This document shows positions 11,837 to 24,317 of a stretch of 64,000 nt of DNA, one piece after another. The translations under genes and the position numbers were made by a program. Each line of letters opens with the position of its first letter. The stretch's first letter is position 1. The notes beneath the pieces were generated by a model. That model had not been told where the DNA came from and did no database searches. It worked only from the letters and a program-made list of their open reading frames with translations. This DNA is from Squalus acanthias (taxonomy: Eukaryota): positions 46,068,001 to 46,132,000 of the forward strand of contig CM059432.1 of assembly GCA_030390025.1 (NCBI GenBank), read 5' to 3'.

Positions 11837-12646
11837 GGGCAAGAAATTGGGCTTGATAGCATCCGTTTTCTGGGTGCTATGAGTGCCGTTAGGGATCCAA
11901 AATGGTGTCCGCGGTGCGTGCACACACTTCTGACATGAAGCGTGCCGGATGTCATTTTAGAAAAGGGGTTAGCGTGCGCTAACTGAATGTACGCCGAAAG
12001 TATGCAGAGCAGGCAGATCATGACGCTCCATGCTCCAAGTGTGTTAATCTGAATTAAAAGCATAAAAAAATACTTAGCAGATCAGGTAGCATCTCGACCT
12101 GAGACGTTAACTCTGTTTCTCTCTCCACCGATGCTGCCTGACCAGCTGAGTATTTCCAGCATTTTCTGTCTTCTCAGAGGCCTTCCTTTACCAGCCAAAG
12201 CCTTGCAAGTGTCCAGCAGCACTCCCTGCAGCCCTGCACACTTTAAAAACTTTTAAAATCTATTGCACCAAGCCATTACTTCAATAAAATATTTTAAAAA
12301 TCCAAAAGCTGAAATCCAAACCTACCTGAAAGATGTGTGTGTCCCTTTAAGAAGCGCTGACAGCATCTCTGCAGGGCTGCTTCACGCATGCTTTTCTGTG
12401 CGCATTCAAGACACAGTGTAATGGAGAGCGAGAACATCCAAATTAGCAGTTGTGGCGTCAAATCAGGTGTTGCACGCCGATTGACGTCACAATCTGCTTA
12501 TTTTAATTTGAGAGACCAACGCTGTCAACAGCAGCGCTGTGGCCCTTACCAAAATGGCAGCCACTGTGTGCAGAAGTGAGGTGGCTGCCATTGTTTCTAC
12601 AAAACCGGCCTTAACAGCCGGCATTAAAGCATTGAATTTCTAGGCC
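11837..12646. mobile_element. Composite non-autonomous Harbinger derivative with an internal Penelope-like fragment
   Basis: Ends gggcaagaaatt / aatttctaggcc. The left about 200 bp resembles 57803-58000, and the right part aligns with 44730-45386. Confidence 0.7.
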
Positions 12647-14470
12647 ATAGAGATTAAAATGAGATAGAAGAAAGAGGCTTATGACAAATGTAAGGGTGAT
12701 AATATAGTAGAGAACAAAGCTGAATATAGAAAGTACAGAGGAGATCTAAAAAGGGGAATTAAAGGGGCAAAGAGAGTATGAGATTAAATTAGCAGCTAAC
12801 ATAAAAGCAAACCCAGAAGTATTTTATAAACATATAAACAGTAAAAGGGTAGTCAAAGGAAGGGTGGGGCTGATTAGGTACCAAAAAGGAGATCTTCTTG
12901 TGGAGGCAGAGGGCATGGTAGAGGTACTGAATGAATACTTTGTATCTGTGTTCACTAGAGGAGAAGATGCTGCCAATGTAGCAGTAAAGGAGGAGGTAGT
13001 AGCAATATTGGACAGGATAAAAATAGATAAAAACGGAGTACTTTAAAGGTTGGTAGTCCTCAAAGTAGAAAAGCCACCCTGTCCAGATGGGATGTATCCT
13101 AGGATAGTAAGGGAAGTGGAAATTGCTGAGGTTCTGGCCACAATCTTCCCATCCTCCTTAGATATGGGGGTGGTGCCAAAGGACTGGAGAATTGCAAATG
13201 TTACGCCTCTGTACAAAAAAGGGAAGGGTGATAAACCCACCAAATACAGGCCATAATTAAAACAGAAAATGCTGGAAATACTCAGCAGGTCACGTAGCAT
13301 CTGTGGAGAGAGAAACAGAGTTAATGTTTCCAGTCAATAACCTTTCGTCAGAACAGGTCAGTCAGCCTAACATCGGTGGTGGGGAAACTTTCAGAGACAA
13401 TAATCTGGGACAAAATTAATCGGCATTTGGAAAAGTATGGGCTAATAAATGAAAGTCAGTATGGATTTATTAAAAGAAAATCGTGTTTGACTAACTTGAT
13501 TGAGTTCTTTCATGAAGTAATGGACAAGGTTGGTGAGGGTAGTGCAGTTGGTGTTGTGTATATGGACTTTCAAAAGGCGCTTGACAAAGTGCCACGTAAT
13601 AGACTTGTTCGCAAAGTTAAAGCCCATGGGATTGAATGGACAGTGGCAGCATTGACACAAAATTGGCTAAGGGCAGAAAACAGAGAGTAGTGGTGAATGG
13701 TTGTTTATCAGACTGGAGGGAGGTATACAGTGGTGTTCCCCAGGAGTCGGCATTAGGACCACTGCTCTTTCTGATATATATTAATGACCTGGACTTGGGT
13801 ATACAGGACATCATTTCAAAGTTTGCATATGATACAAAACTTGGAAATGTAGTAAAAAATGAGAAGGATAGTAACAGACTTCAGGGGGACATAGACAGAC
13901 TGGTGAAATGGGCAGACACATGGCAGGTGAAATTTAATGCAGAGAAGTGTGAAGTGATGCATTTTGATAGGAAGAAACTAAGTGGTACAATTTTAAAGGA
14001 GCTGCAGGAAAGGAGAGACCTGACGTATATGTATGCAAATCTTTAAGGGTGGCAGGAAAGTTAAGAAGCTGTTAAAAAAGCATATGGGACCCTTGGCTTT
14101 ATTAATAAAAGCATAGAGTATAAATTCAAGGAAGTTACGCTAAATCTTTACTATTGGTGAATAGGCCTCAGCTGGAGTATTGTGTTCAATTCTGGGCACC
14201 ACACTTTCGGAAGGATGTCAAGGCCTTAGAGGGTGCAGAAGAGATTTACTAGAATGGTGCCAGGGATGAAGGACTTCAGTTATGTGGAGAAGCTGGAGTT
14301 GTTCTCCTTAGAGCAGAGAAGGTTAAGAGGAGATTTGATAGAGGTGTTTAAAATCATGAAGGGTTTTGATAGAGTAAATAAGGAGAAACTGTTTCCACTG
14401 GTAACCAGAGGACACAGATTTAAGGTGATTGACAAAAGAAGCAGAGGTTACATTAGAAAATATTTTTTAA
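12647..14470 (+). mobile_element. CR1 LINE (3' end displaced to 20041-20195)
   Basis: Broken RT ORFs across 12864-14460. Confidence 0.92.
13254..13352 (-). mobile_element. Penelope-like terminal fragment (family P1) with a degenerate hammerhead motif
   Basis: Same sequence as 23737-23833. Minus strand reads gttCTGACGAaaggttattgactgGAAAcattaac. TSD acagg(c/t)ca. Confidence 0.75.
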
Positions 14471-15019
14471 CAGTGCCCAGAATTTTCTGGGGGTCATGTT
14501 GGTGCGATCGGGTGGGAAATTTGAAATATGTTGGTGTGGGTCGGGAACTCACCGTCATCCCGCCCCCACGCGCCTTTCCCTTGGGCGCGTTTACCAGCAA
14601 GGCAGCGACCCTGAACGGCAGAGGCGGGCGATCTAATTTAAATCATTAACAGATACTCGTCAGACACTTACACTTAAGCGCCTTTTTAAACCTACCTTTC
14701 AAATTTCCCTGGATGACCACGGGAATCACGCAGCTCAGGAACCACATCTGTCTACCTGAGGCGGGAGTTGAGTAGCCATTGATCCAGCTGATTAGTTGAC
14801 AGCATGAAATGTACTATAAAAGATCCCACCTCACAGCTGATCACTCTCCCCAGGCAGAAGCTGTTGCTGACTGCATTCCCTGCACAGATTTTGCTTTATA
14901 GAGGCTTCAAGTGTTTCCAGCAAAGTCACCATCCAGTCTCACCTCATTAGTAGAACCTATCACACCACTGACAGACTGCTTCCGTCATCTCTACTTTACC
15001 TGCCATCTATTCCATCAGC

Positions 15020-16217
15020 ATGGGTGCTGCTTATACTGTCTCACCTTGGTCCTCAGAATCGGGCCAAGATGAGCCCCAACACCAGCAGCACCAGCCACAG
15101 CAGCAGCACCAACAACACCACCAACCTTCTCCTCAACCACCTGATGCTCCACAGTACAGAGGGCATCAGCGCAGGGCTGCACTGTGCCGGAGGCGATACC
15201 CCGAACATAGGGTATACAGGCAGAGGATGAGCTTCCTCAACATGATTGAGCAGCAGTGCCAAAGCAGGCTCAGGCTATCGCGCCAGGTCATCGCAGACAT
15301 TTGTAGCTTGCTGGTGCAAGACCTGCAGCCCAGAGGAGCAGGTGGACATGCCTTACCAGTGGCTGTCAAAGTCACCAATGCCCTCAAATTCTTTGCCTCA
15401 GGCTCCTTCCAGGGATCTGCAGCAGACATTTGCAGCATGTCCACAGATGCATCACATAGGTCACTGATGCCATGTTTCACAAGTCAGCCAATTATATCAA
15501 CTTTGTCACTGATGAAGCCAGTGTTACTGAGCGAATGTCCGGCTTTGCCACTCTGGCTGGCTTCCCACGGGTGCAGGGCATCATCGACTGCACACATGTA
15601 ACCATGAAGGCACCCTATCATCATCCAGGAGTGTTTGTGAACCGCGAAGGCTTCCACTCCCTCAATGTGCAGCTGGTCTGCAACCATACAAAGATCATCA
15701 TGCATGTGTGTGCCAAATTCCCTGGCAGCTGTCATGACTGTTTCGTCCTTCACCAGTCCACCCTCACTCAGCTCCTCCAAACAGATTTTCCGACTGGCTG
15801 CTTGGTGACAAGGGCTATCCACTGAAGACGTGACTCATGATACCCTTGAGGAGGTCAAGAACTGAGGCCGAGGAAGATATAATGAAAGCCACATTTCCAC
15901 CAGATGTGTCATAGAGCAGAGAATAGGCATGTTCAAAATGTGCTTCAGATGCCTTGACAGATCTGGGGAGCCCTTCAGTACGTACCAGCCGGGGTCTCCA
16001 GAATCATCATAGTCTCCTGCGCCCTGCACAACATAGCGCAGCAGCGAGGATTAGCGCTGCATGAGGAGCAAGGCACTGAGCGCACAGCCTCTTCAGAGGA
16101 GGAGGAGTAGAAGGAGGAGGAGCCTGAGGAATCGGTGGGCCAGATCCCAGCAGCACCCGAGCATATTGCTGCCCAGGAGGCCAGGGATGGGCACATCATG
16201 GCCAGATTTACTTAACT
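15020..16217 (+). pseudogene. Harbinger DDE nuclease (HARBI1-like transposase), frameshifted, with Q/H-rich N-terminus
   Basis: Motifs [50 protein letters not shown] and IEQ.IGM.KMCFRCL are spread over several frames. Confidence 0.93.
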
Positions 16218-16369
16218 TCATACAGTACACGCATATGGCTGCCACATGCTGTGCCAGGTTGGCCCTACCCCACAGCAACACCATAAAGCACCCCTACAAT
16301 GACCAAGCCATTCCTTTTACACTGACTACCATTGCTGGAGGTAACGTTATGTCTCACCATTCACTGCAA

Positions 16370-19300
16370 CTCACTAAGCCACTTCCAAAGGTGCACACAA
16401 ATTTGACTGTGCAGGGGCAGACTCGGCCATCGCTGTCCGAGGAGGCATCTGGGGCTCTGACTGAGGGGGTGGCATCGGGGGAGAAGTGTGAGCGCTTTGA
16501 GAGGAGCCCCCACTTCCATGTCCCCTTGCACCATCATCCCTCTCATGGGCCACCCGCACTTCCCTATTGCCAAGAGCTGGAGAGCACCTTGCTGCACATC
16601 ACTGATCAGTGGGGCCATGAGGACCCACGTCTATGCTGACATCCCTCCTACAGGTCTATGAGCGACTGCCATCTATTCTCCATAGGTACCATGTGCACCT
16701 GTGAGTGGTGCATTAGCTGCTCCATGCAGGTGGCTATCCTATCCATGGAAGAGCCTACAGTCGCCATTGCCTGCGACACAGTGGTGCTCATGTTGGAGAT
16801 GGATTCCTCCATTCTCTGCACATTTGCAGACATCGCGGTCACAAAACCTGTCAAAGCCTCCTGCAATTCTTGCTGCACCTCCAGGATCGCCCTCTTTCTG
16901 GATGGCCCCCGAGGCTCAGCATCTGCATGCAGCTGAGCAGAGCTGGGAGTGTCCTGGGCCCTCCAGCGAGGGGTCTCCACTGCTGTCCCTGTCTCCACCA
17001 TCTCCTCTTGCTCACTTTTGAGTTGTGAGACACCAGGGGCTCGATTTTAATTCCCGAGGCGGGTTGGAGTCGGGTTGCGTGGTGGGCGGGTTCGGGAGCC
17101 GCTTCCAGCGGGAACAGCTGCAGAGTTGCGATTTTTATTAAACTAGCTTGTTAAATTCATGGCGGCGCGCTGGCCGGTCCAATGAGTGGGATCGGGTCGG
17201 CTGGCTGCCTCTGATGACGTCATAATAGCTGCGGCTTTAAAAGCTGCCATCCAGCCTAAGCCTTTCTATTCTGGTTTCCTGGACTTGATTTAAATGCTAT
17301 AACTTCTTCCAGAGGCAAGGCAGCTCCTCGTTTTAATGATGAGTCCCTCCAAGTTCTTGTGGATGCTGTCAGAGGGCGCAGGGAAATTCTCTTCCCTCCT
17401 GATGGCCGGAGGAAGCCTCCTCAGCAGACCAAGGCAGCCTGGCTGCGCATTACTCAGAAGGTGAGCGCAAGGTCCATATATGCACGGTCATGGATCCAGT
17501 GCCGCAAAAGGTTTAATGATCTTGTGAGAACATCAAAAGTGAGTATCCCATCTCACTTGCCTTCACTCTGCTTCCCTTCTCTTCTCATCACCAGCACTCT
17601 GCGTTCTAAGCCTCCTCCATCACATTCCATCTTACTCTTACTTCCCTTGCACCCTTTCCTATCCATCTCTGTCTCTGCACTGAATCAGTTCAGCATCCTG
17701 CCTATGCACCCCTTATACTTGCTCTCACTGTCATGCAGTGACAACAACTAACAACGCACAGGGAGCTACCTTCCTCTTGGGACCTTACTCCATCTTCGTC
17801 TCACTCAAAGCTTCTATGGTAGGGATTAATCACACTCACTCCATCACTGTGGCTGAAACACCGCTTGTGTCCCTCCTTGCAAGAAAAGATAGCCCACAGT
17901 AAGAGGGAGAGTGCAATGACTGGAGAAGGAACACCTACCCTAGCAACATTGACCAGTGCTGAGGAGGCTGCTAACGAGATTGTTGGAGTTGGCGAGGACC
18001 TGGAAGTGGGCGATGGAGAGACGGGCACACTAGAGGAAGCTGGTGACATAATAGAGTTTCATCCCTCTCAGAAAGCAATGGAATATGATGTTCATAGAGA
18101 ATCGCTTTGTATCATCTGCTCAAAAGGATGTGTCTGCTACATCATTATCAGATGTCTAATTCAAGCCTTTACTCTCCCACAGGACCATCGAGCGCCCCCC
18201 TCCCCATGATCCAGGACAAAGACCCGGACATCTCCTCAGAGGAACCTGAAGCCTCTGAGGGAGCAGCGTCACCAGGACTCAGCGCAGCCAGCACCAGCGC
18301 AGCAACACACACCTCGTGGGGCCCTCGCGAGTTAGAGTAATGTTGCCACCTGGTCTATCACAGCTCACAAGTGAGCATCAGCAGATGGTGCAGACAGCGA
18401 CAGCAGTAGAGAGTCCTCTGCGGACGTCGCAGGACTCTCCTAGCTCTGCTGAGCTGCATGCAGATGCAGTGCCTTTGGGGCTACCCAAAAAAAGAGCGGT
18501 TCGTGAAATACAGGAACAAGTGCAGGTGTCTCTGGAAGGGTTTGCCTCCAGGGTTTGTGCGAGTATGGAGAGAATGAAGGAGTCCATCTCTAACATTAGC
18601 ACTGCCGTGGTGGAGGCAATGGCGCATGAAAGCACCACCATGGATAGGATGGCAACCTCTGTGGAAAGGATGGCTACGGCCATGGAGGAAATAAGTCGCC
18701 AGAGTCAGGAAAACATGGTGACTGTCAGAATAGAATTACACCTCTGGAGGAGCGATGGGCAGCTATTGAGCAGAGAGACCAGAGCTTCATGGATGTCCTT
18801 TTGATGAGGACTGCCAGTGCAGATACGGGTCCTCATCATCAGAAGCAGGAAAATGGGAAACCACTATGAAAATAGGATTAGCAAGGCAGTTAACAGGCCT
18901 TAACTACCTGTCCCACCGGTTGGAGATGGGTCAGTTTGGGAGTGCCTAAACAGACACTCACAAAAATCGGGTGGGGGCGGGGTGGAGGCGGGGTAGGTGT
19001 CTGAAGCCATTTTTCCCGATTTTCCCAACAGACCCGCCTCCAAACCCGCCTCCTCAGGGCTATTAAAATCGAGCCCCAGGTGACAACACTACTCTATCTC
19101 ACATGGCACCCATCGAGGTGTGTGTATCTGCACTGGTGCTGGGTGCGCTTATGTCTGGTGACGGTGCGTCCTCAGAGGCTGGAGGCTCCTCTGAGGAGTC
19201 CTCTTCCTCTTCCTCCTGGACAGTGGGGGCAGGGGCGGGGGGGTGCTCTTGATGGACCTGTGGGAGAGTAAAGAGCTGACTTAGATATGTCATATCAAGA

Positions 19301-20040
19301 ATAGGTACAGATACCATTATGCACATGATGACCATTCAGTGGCTGCTGACATCAGTCCTCATATGAGTGACTGCTGTATGTAATGCAGCTGTATGATATG
19401 TAATTCCGTCACCAGGTTGCTGAGATGTCCCCTCTCTCCGTCTCCCACCTCCAGCTGCTCAGCAACTCCAGATACTTCTAAGGCAGCCTACTCTGCTGTT
19501 GTAAGGTTTGCAAATGATGGAGGCCCACCTCCAATTCTCTCTCCCTCTCCCTCTCCCTCTTATTGTGGGCTCTCTTTTCTTGCAAGAAGGGAAAGAAGCG
19601 AAGGTTGAGTGAGAGTGATGGAGTGAGTGTAAGGAATGGATGGGTTAGATTTTTAGAGGGAAACTATGATGGAGTGGGGTGGCAATGCCAAGTGGCCTCC
19701 TTGTGTGTTGTTAGTTGGTATGATTGTTGGTATGGGTGGACGTGCAAGGTATGTTGGTGTAAGTAAGGATAGGCAGCAGCAGGGTTGGGAAGGCAGAGTG
19801 ATGGGGATGTGATGAGAGGCACAGCATGATGAAGTTGAGTGTGGCTTTGTACTCACCTTTCCTGATCTAATGAGAGCATTGAAACGTTTCCGGCGCTGCA
19901 CCCAGGTCCTCCTGATCATGTCCCTGCTGTTGACCTCCTCTGCAATTTGGAGCCAGGCTCTCTTTGTCTCCTGGGGAGGTCTCTTCTTCTCATTCGATGG
20001 GAAGAGGACCTCCCTGCGTGCTCTGACTCCCTCCACAAGC
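16370..20040 (-). pseudogene. Spliced Myb/SANT-like DNA-binding gene of Harbinger copy 1; exon 3 split by element 17037-19076
   Basis: LVEGVRARREVLFP...AWLQIAEEVNS...RTWVQRRKRFN with a gtgagt donor at 19856. Later exons match copy 2, including a coiled-coil-like C-terminus (ORF 16648-17001). Confidence 0.85.
17037..19076 (+). mobile_element. Nested Harbinger derivative encoding only the Myb/SANT gene
   Basis: Perfect 15-bp TIR gggctcgattttaat and TSD CAG; the empty site gacaccaggtgacaac is seen near 49052. Three Myb exons at about 17310-17538, 17883-18042 and 18183-18804. No nuclease. Confidence 0.93.
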
Positions 20041-20195
20041 AACTTTCAAAAGGGATTTGGATAAATACTTGAAGGGAAAAAATTACCGGGCTGTGGGAGT
20101 GGGACTAATTAGATAGCTCTATCAAAGAGCCAGCACAGGCACAATGGGCTGAATGGCCTCCTTCTGTGCCATATGATTCTATAACTCTATGATTC
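20041..20195 (+). mobile_element. CR1 3' end belonging to 12647-14470
   Basis: TFKRDLDKYLK, then gggctgaatggcctccttctgtg and a (ctatgatt)-like tail. Confidence 0.85.
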
Positions 20196-20762
20196 ATCGC
20201 TACAAATTTATGCGTCAAACCAGCAACTGGTTACAAAGTGAGGAACTCTAATTTTATAAAATTTGGCCTAAGTGAAACACAGCAAAACGAAAGCTTTCTT
20301 CGTTACAAAGAATCAAATTACACATGTTACAGAGGAAACGGAGCTGAATTGCCCTATTTTTCTTTCATTTATTTAACTTTAATTTGCCACTACAAACAAG
20401 GTATAAGTCTGAGTTCAAATGTAATTTGACATTTGTACGATTTTGATGTAAGGCCTCAGCTCCTACTTTCAATGATAATGAGATCTTCAATTAATAGTCT
20501 GACCTTTAATATTTCAAACATACCAATAAGAGAACTATTTTCATCCTTTACAGATCCAGACCTTTGATTACCATCGTTTGATGATTATGGATTTTTCTAA
20601 ACAGAATACTGCGTGTTCAGTTACTCAGTCTGGCATTTTTTATTTGTCGCTGTCTTTAAAGTTGCACAGCTAGGCATGGCTTCCCCAATTTCACTGAAAG
20701 GTATTAGGCAGATTTTCATCCCATCCACCTGGCTGAAAATATTTTGGCTTCCCGATTGTGAT

Positions 20763-21091
20763 GGGGCAACACGGTGGCATAGTGGTTAGCACTGTTACCT
20801 CACAGCGCCAGGGACCCGGGTTCGAATCTGGCCTCGGGTGACTGTCTGTGTGGAGTTTGCACATTCTCCCTGTGTCTGCGTGGGTTTCCTCCGGGTGCTC
20901 CGGTTTCCTCCCACAGTCCAAAGATGTGCGGGTTAGGTTGATTTGGCTATGATAAATTGACCCTTAAGTGTTAGGGGGTTTAAATACGTGGGGTTACGGG
21001 GATAGGGTGGGATATGTGTCGGTGCAGGCTCGATGGGCCGAAATGGCCTCTATCTGCACTGTGGGGATTCTGTGATTCTGTGATTCTGTGA
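20763..21091 (+). mobile_element. tRNA-derived V-SINE (HE1-like elasmobranch SINE)
   Basis: A box tggcatagtgg, B box ggttcgaatct, V-domain gtgtggagtttgcacattctccctgtgtctgcgtgggtttcctccggg, and a CR1-derived tail with (gattctgt)3. Confidence 0.92.
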
Positions 21092-21654
21092 CCATGGGCA
21101 GTCGGCATGACGCACAACTGACTTTGGGACGATGAAATTACACCCCCCAATGTTCACCTATTGCCTTCAATTATCACTTTGTACTCTTCAGAGTTCAGAG
21201 GTTCCTTCTGTACAACACTGCTTTCTGTATAGAGCTTCTCTGTCCAATGCTCTGTTCAGTAAACTGAGCATCCCCATTGTAATGCAATAATCAATTCATG
21301 TGAGCCTGGAGCTTGAAGTACATAACAGATAGCCTGGAACACATTGAAAGAAGGAAAAGATACTTGAGAAGAACATAATTGTTGGATAGTCACCAGTAGC
21401 CATTCACAGCAAAATAAATTATTGCATCCCCAATTAAGCTAATCAGAGCTTGCATATATTAGCTGAACCACTTGTTGCTCACCCTAGCTCTATTGATTAA
21501 TTTCTCCTTTTCTTGCTCATCTCCTTCCAATTTTCACTGTTTATATTCTCACTCTTTTATGAGTTCCTCCTTTATTTCTCAGTTTTATTTTGCTCTTCAC
21601 CTTTCCTTCCTGTTCTCTTTTGCTCTTTTCTTCCATCTCGTGCTCTCTTTCACA

Positions 21655-22930
21655 TCCAGGCAGGCCGTGAACTACTTGGACTGGTGGGGAACACTCGAGG
21701 CGGGCAGGCAAGTAGTGCAGGTGGATCAGAAAGCAGTTGGGCCGGGTGGGCATATCAACAAGCAGGCCAGAAAGCACTCAGGGCAGGCAGGAAGGTGGGC
21801 AGGCTGACAGGCCAAAAATGTGTTGCGGTACACAGGTGGGTAAACAGATGTGCCAATAAACATCCTGGGTGTGGGGGTCAGGCAGGCATGTGGGCCATTC
21901 GCACTTAGGATGCCCAGAGGACCAAATAGGCTGAAAGCTACTCAGACTGAATGGTTGAGCATACAGATCAGTAAGCTGATGGGCTAGGAAGCCATCTTGT
22001 CATCTTGCATTGGAGGCAATTCAGAGACGATTCACTAGGTTAATTCCAGAGATGAAGGGGTTGACTTATGAGGAAAGGTTGAGCAGGCTGGGCCTTTACT
22101 CATTGGAATTTAGAAGAATGAGAGGTGATCTTATTGAAACATATAAGATACTGAGGGGGCTCGACAAGGTAGATGCAGAGAGGATGTTTCCCCTCGTGGG
22201 GAAATCTAGAACTCGGGGGCATAGTTTCAGAATAAAGGGTCGCCCATTTAGAACTGAGATGAGGAGGAATTTCTTCTCTCAGAGGGTCGTAAATCTGTGG
22301 AATTCTCTGCCCCAGAGAGCTGTGGAGGCTGGGTCATTAAATACATTTAAGGTGGAGATAGACAGATTTTTGCAAGATAAGGGAGTGAAGGGTTATGGGG
22401 AGCGGGCAGGGGAGTGGCTTTGAGCCCTAAATCAGCCATGATCTTATTGAATGGCGGAGCAGGCTCGAGGGGCCGAGTGGCCTATTCCTGCTCCTATTCC
22501 TTATGTTCTTATGTACTTATGTTTTAAAAGATGGCTATGAGGAATTCAGGACAGGAAGACACGTGGGCAGACAAGGTGGATGAATAAGTGGTACAGCAGC
22601 TGGTATCTGAACAGATAGGAAAGGAAGCTGAGCAAGTGAACAGGCAGGCTGGTAAACACTCTGGGTGAGTGGGCAAGCAAGTAAGCGGGCCAATAGTACT
22701 CAGCATGGGCTGGCCAGCGAGTGAGTAAAACATGACTCTGGGTGAATAGGGGTAGGCTGGACTGTGAGGAGCTACAGACAAAGTGGGCCTGAAACAACAC
22801 TGAGCTGGCCAGACTACAAAGGATTCTGAGCTGATTGGAGCAGGCCAGAATGATTCCTGGGGGAAGAAAAGTGGGGCTTGCTTTGATTGATATGGACTGC
22901 AGTTAATTAGGTCGGACCAGGACATTTGCA
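21655..22930. repeat. Degenerate purine-rich GGGCAGGCAG-like low-complexity region, split by CR1 22007-22522
   Basis: Recurrent gggcaggcag, gtgggc and aagcag words on both sides of the CR1 insert. Confidence 0.4.
22007..22522 (+). mobile_element. CR1 3' fragment
   Basis: ORF 22010-22423 is the CR1 C-terminus, followed by a (ttcttatg)n-type tail. Confidence 0.95.
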
Positions 22931-23351
22931 GAAAGAAAATGGGTAATAAAGGCCAATCCAATATTACAAGCTCCAGCAAAGTACTCCAAATTGAGTATCA
23001 GGTTCCGACACAGGAATAAGCCTCTTTGGAATATTTTTCAGAGTTACAACATCGTACAAGCAACTCTATGAGTAAGAATAAGCATTTTTTTCTGGATGGT
23101 TTAATATTTTATACATTTCTTATATTATAAATGTAAAATGATTCAATTAAATTAAAAATTCAATGTGGTAGCTCAAACCAAATTCACAAACTTATTTGAG
23201 TGATTTGATTAGTCACTTCCTGCCACTTGCAAGTTCAGGGTTGATAGCTTTAAAAAATGGAGCAATCCATGCTCAGTTTTCTGCTGCTCATTTGTTCCTT
23301 ATTGATAGTCACTGATTATTGTTCATCACTAACTTTTGCCTTATTGGCGCG

Positions 23352-23732
23352 TAATCTTGTTTTCAAATCCCTTCATGTCCTCGCACCTCCCTATCTCTAT
23401 AGCTTCCTCCAGCCCTACAAACCTCCGATATCTCTGCACTCCTCCAATTCTGGCCTCTTGCGCATCTCCGATTTTCTTCGCTCCACCATTGACGACTGTG
23501 CCTTCAGCTGCCGAGGTCCTCAACTTTGGAATTCCCTCCCTAAACCTCTCCGCCTACATTGACATCTCTCTCCTCCTTTAAGACACTCCTTAAAACCTAC
23601 CTCTTTGACCCAGCTTTTGGTCAGCTGTCCTAATGTCTCTTTATGTGGCTCAGTGTCAAATTGTGTTTAATAATCACTCCTGTGAAGTGTCTTGGGAAGT
23701 TTTACTACGCTAAAGGCACTATAGAAAAGCAA
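23352..23732 (+). mobile_element. L2 LINE 3' end (tail continues at 24432-24448)
   Basis: LVFKSLH.LAPPYL...AFSC.GP.LWNSLP; the tail ...aaaggcactata...gttgttgttg is split by the Penelope-like insert. Confidence 0.85.
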
Positions 23733-23796
23733 AATAACAACAGAAAATGCTGGAAAAACTCAGCAGGCCAGGCAGCATCCGTGGAGAGAGAAACAG

Positions 23797-23833
23797 AGTT
23801 AACGTTTCAGGTCGAAGACCTTTCGTCAGAACT
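23797..23833 (-). ncRNA. Minimal type-I hammerhead ribozyme motif (left-arm copy)
   Basis: Exact reverse complement of 24281-24317. Confidence 0.75.
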
Positions 23834-24280
23834 GGAAAAAAGCAGGAAATGAAATTGATTTTAAAGCAAGTTTAGGGCTGGGAAAAGGGGGAGGGGATGA
23901 AAGAACAAAAGGGAAGGTCAGTGATAGGATAGAAAGCAGGAGAGATTAAGAGACATTGAGAGACATTAAGAGATATTCAAGGCAAGAGGAGGTGGAAATG
24001 GGACAGGTTGAGGAACAAAGGATGGCTCAGATGAAGTGTGAATTGCGCTGGCAGAATGAAAGACAGCACAATTCACACTTCATCTGAGCCATCCTTTGTT
24101 CCTCAACCTGTCCCATTTCCACCTCCTCTTGCCTTGAATATCTCTTAATGTCTCTCAATGTCTCTTAATCTCTCCTGCTTTCTATCCTATCACTGACCTT
24201 CCCTTTTGTTCTTTCATCCCCTCCCCCTTTTCCCAGCCCTAAACTTGCTTTAAAATCAATTTCATTTCCTGCTTTTTTCC

Positions 24281-24317
24281 AGTTCTGACGAAAGGTCTTC
24301 GACCTGAAACGTTAACT
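24281..24317 (+). ncRNA. Minimal type-I hammerhead ribozyme motif
   Basis: agtt CTGACGA a aggtc ttc gacct GAAA cg tt aact: stem I agtt/aact, stem II aggtc/gacct, palindromic stem III AACGTT, predicted GUU cleavage triplet. Confidence 0.78.

Larger units (their letters stand above)
14474..20040. mobile_element. PIF/Harbinger DNA transposon copy 1 (right end lost), inserted in CR1
   Basis: Left end gcccagaattttc resembles the TIR of 46243-50229 and the two are colinear. Carries convergent nuclease and Myb/SANT genes. Confidence 0.92.

Noticed and set aside
12095..12120. Hammerhead ribozymes near 12100 and 44790
   Set aside because: The CUGANGA core is deleted and GAAA is mutated to GAGA; only the 3' part remains.
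15020..16217. Host HARBI1 gene, or NAIF1/MSANTD for the Myb-like ORFs
   Set aside because: Multiple disrupted copies lie within TIR-bounded elements, so these are transposon genes, not domesticated loci.
20763..20835. tRNA gene
   Set aside because: It is the tRNA-derived head of a SINE, followed by the V-domain and a LINE tail.
21472..22979. Hydrophobic or signal-peptide-like ORFs
   Set aside because: They derive from a pyrimidine tract and a degenerate low-complexity repeat, with no domain or credible gene structure.
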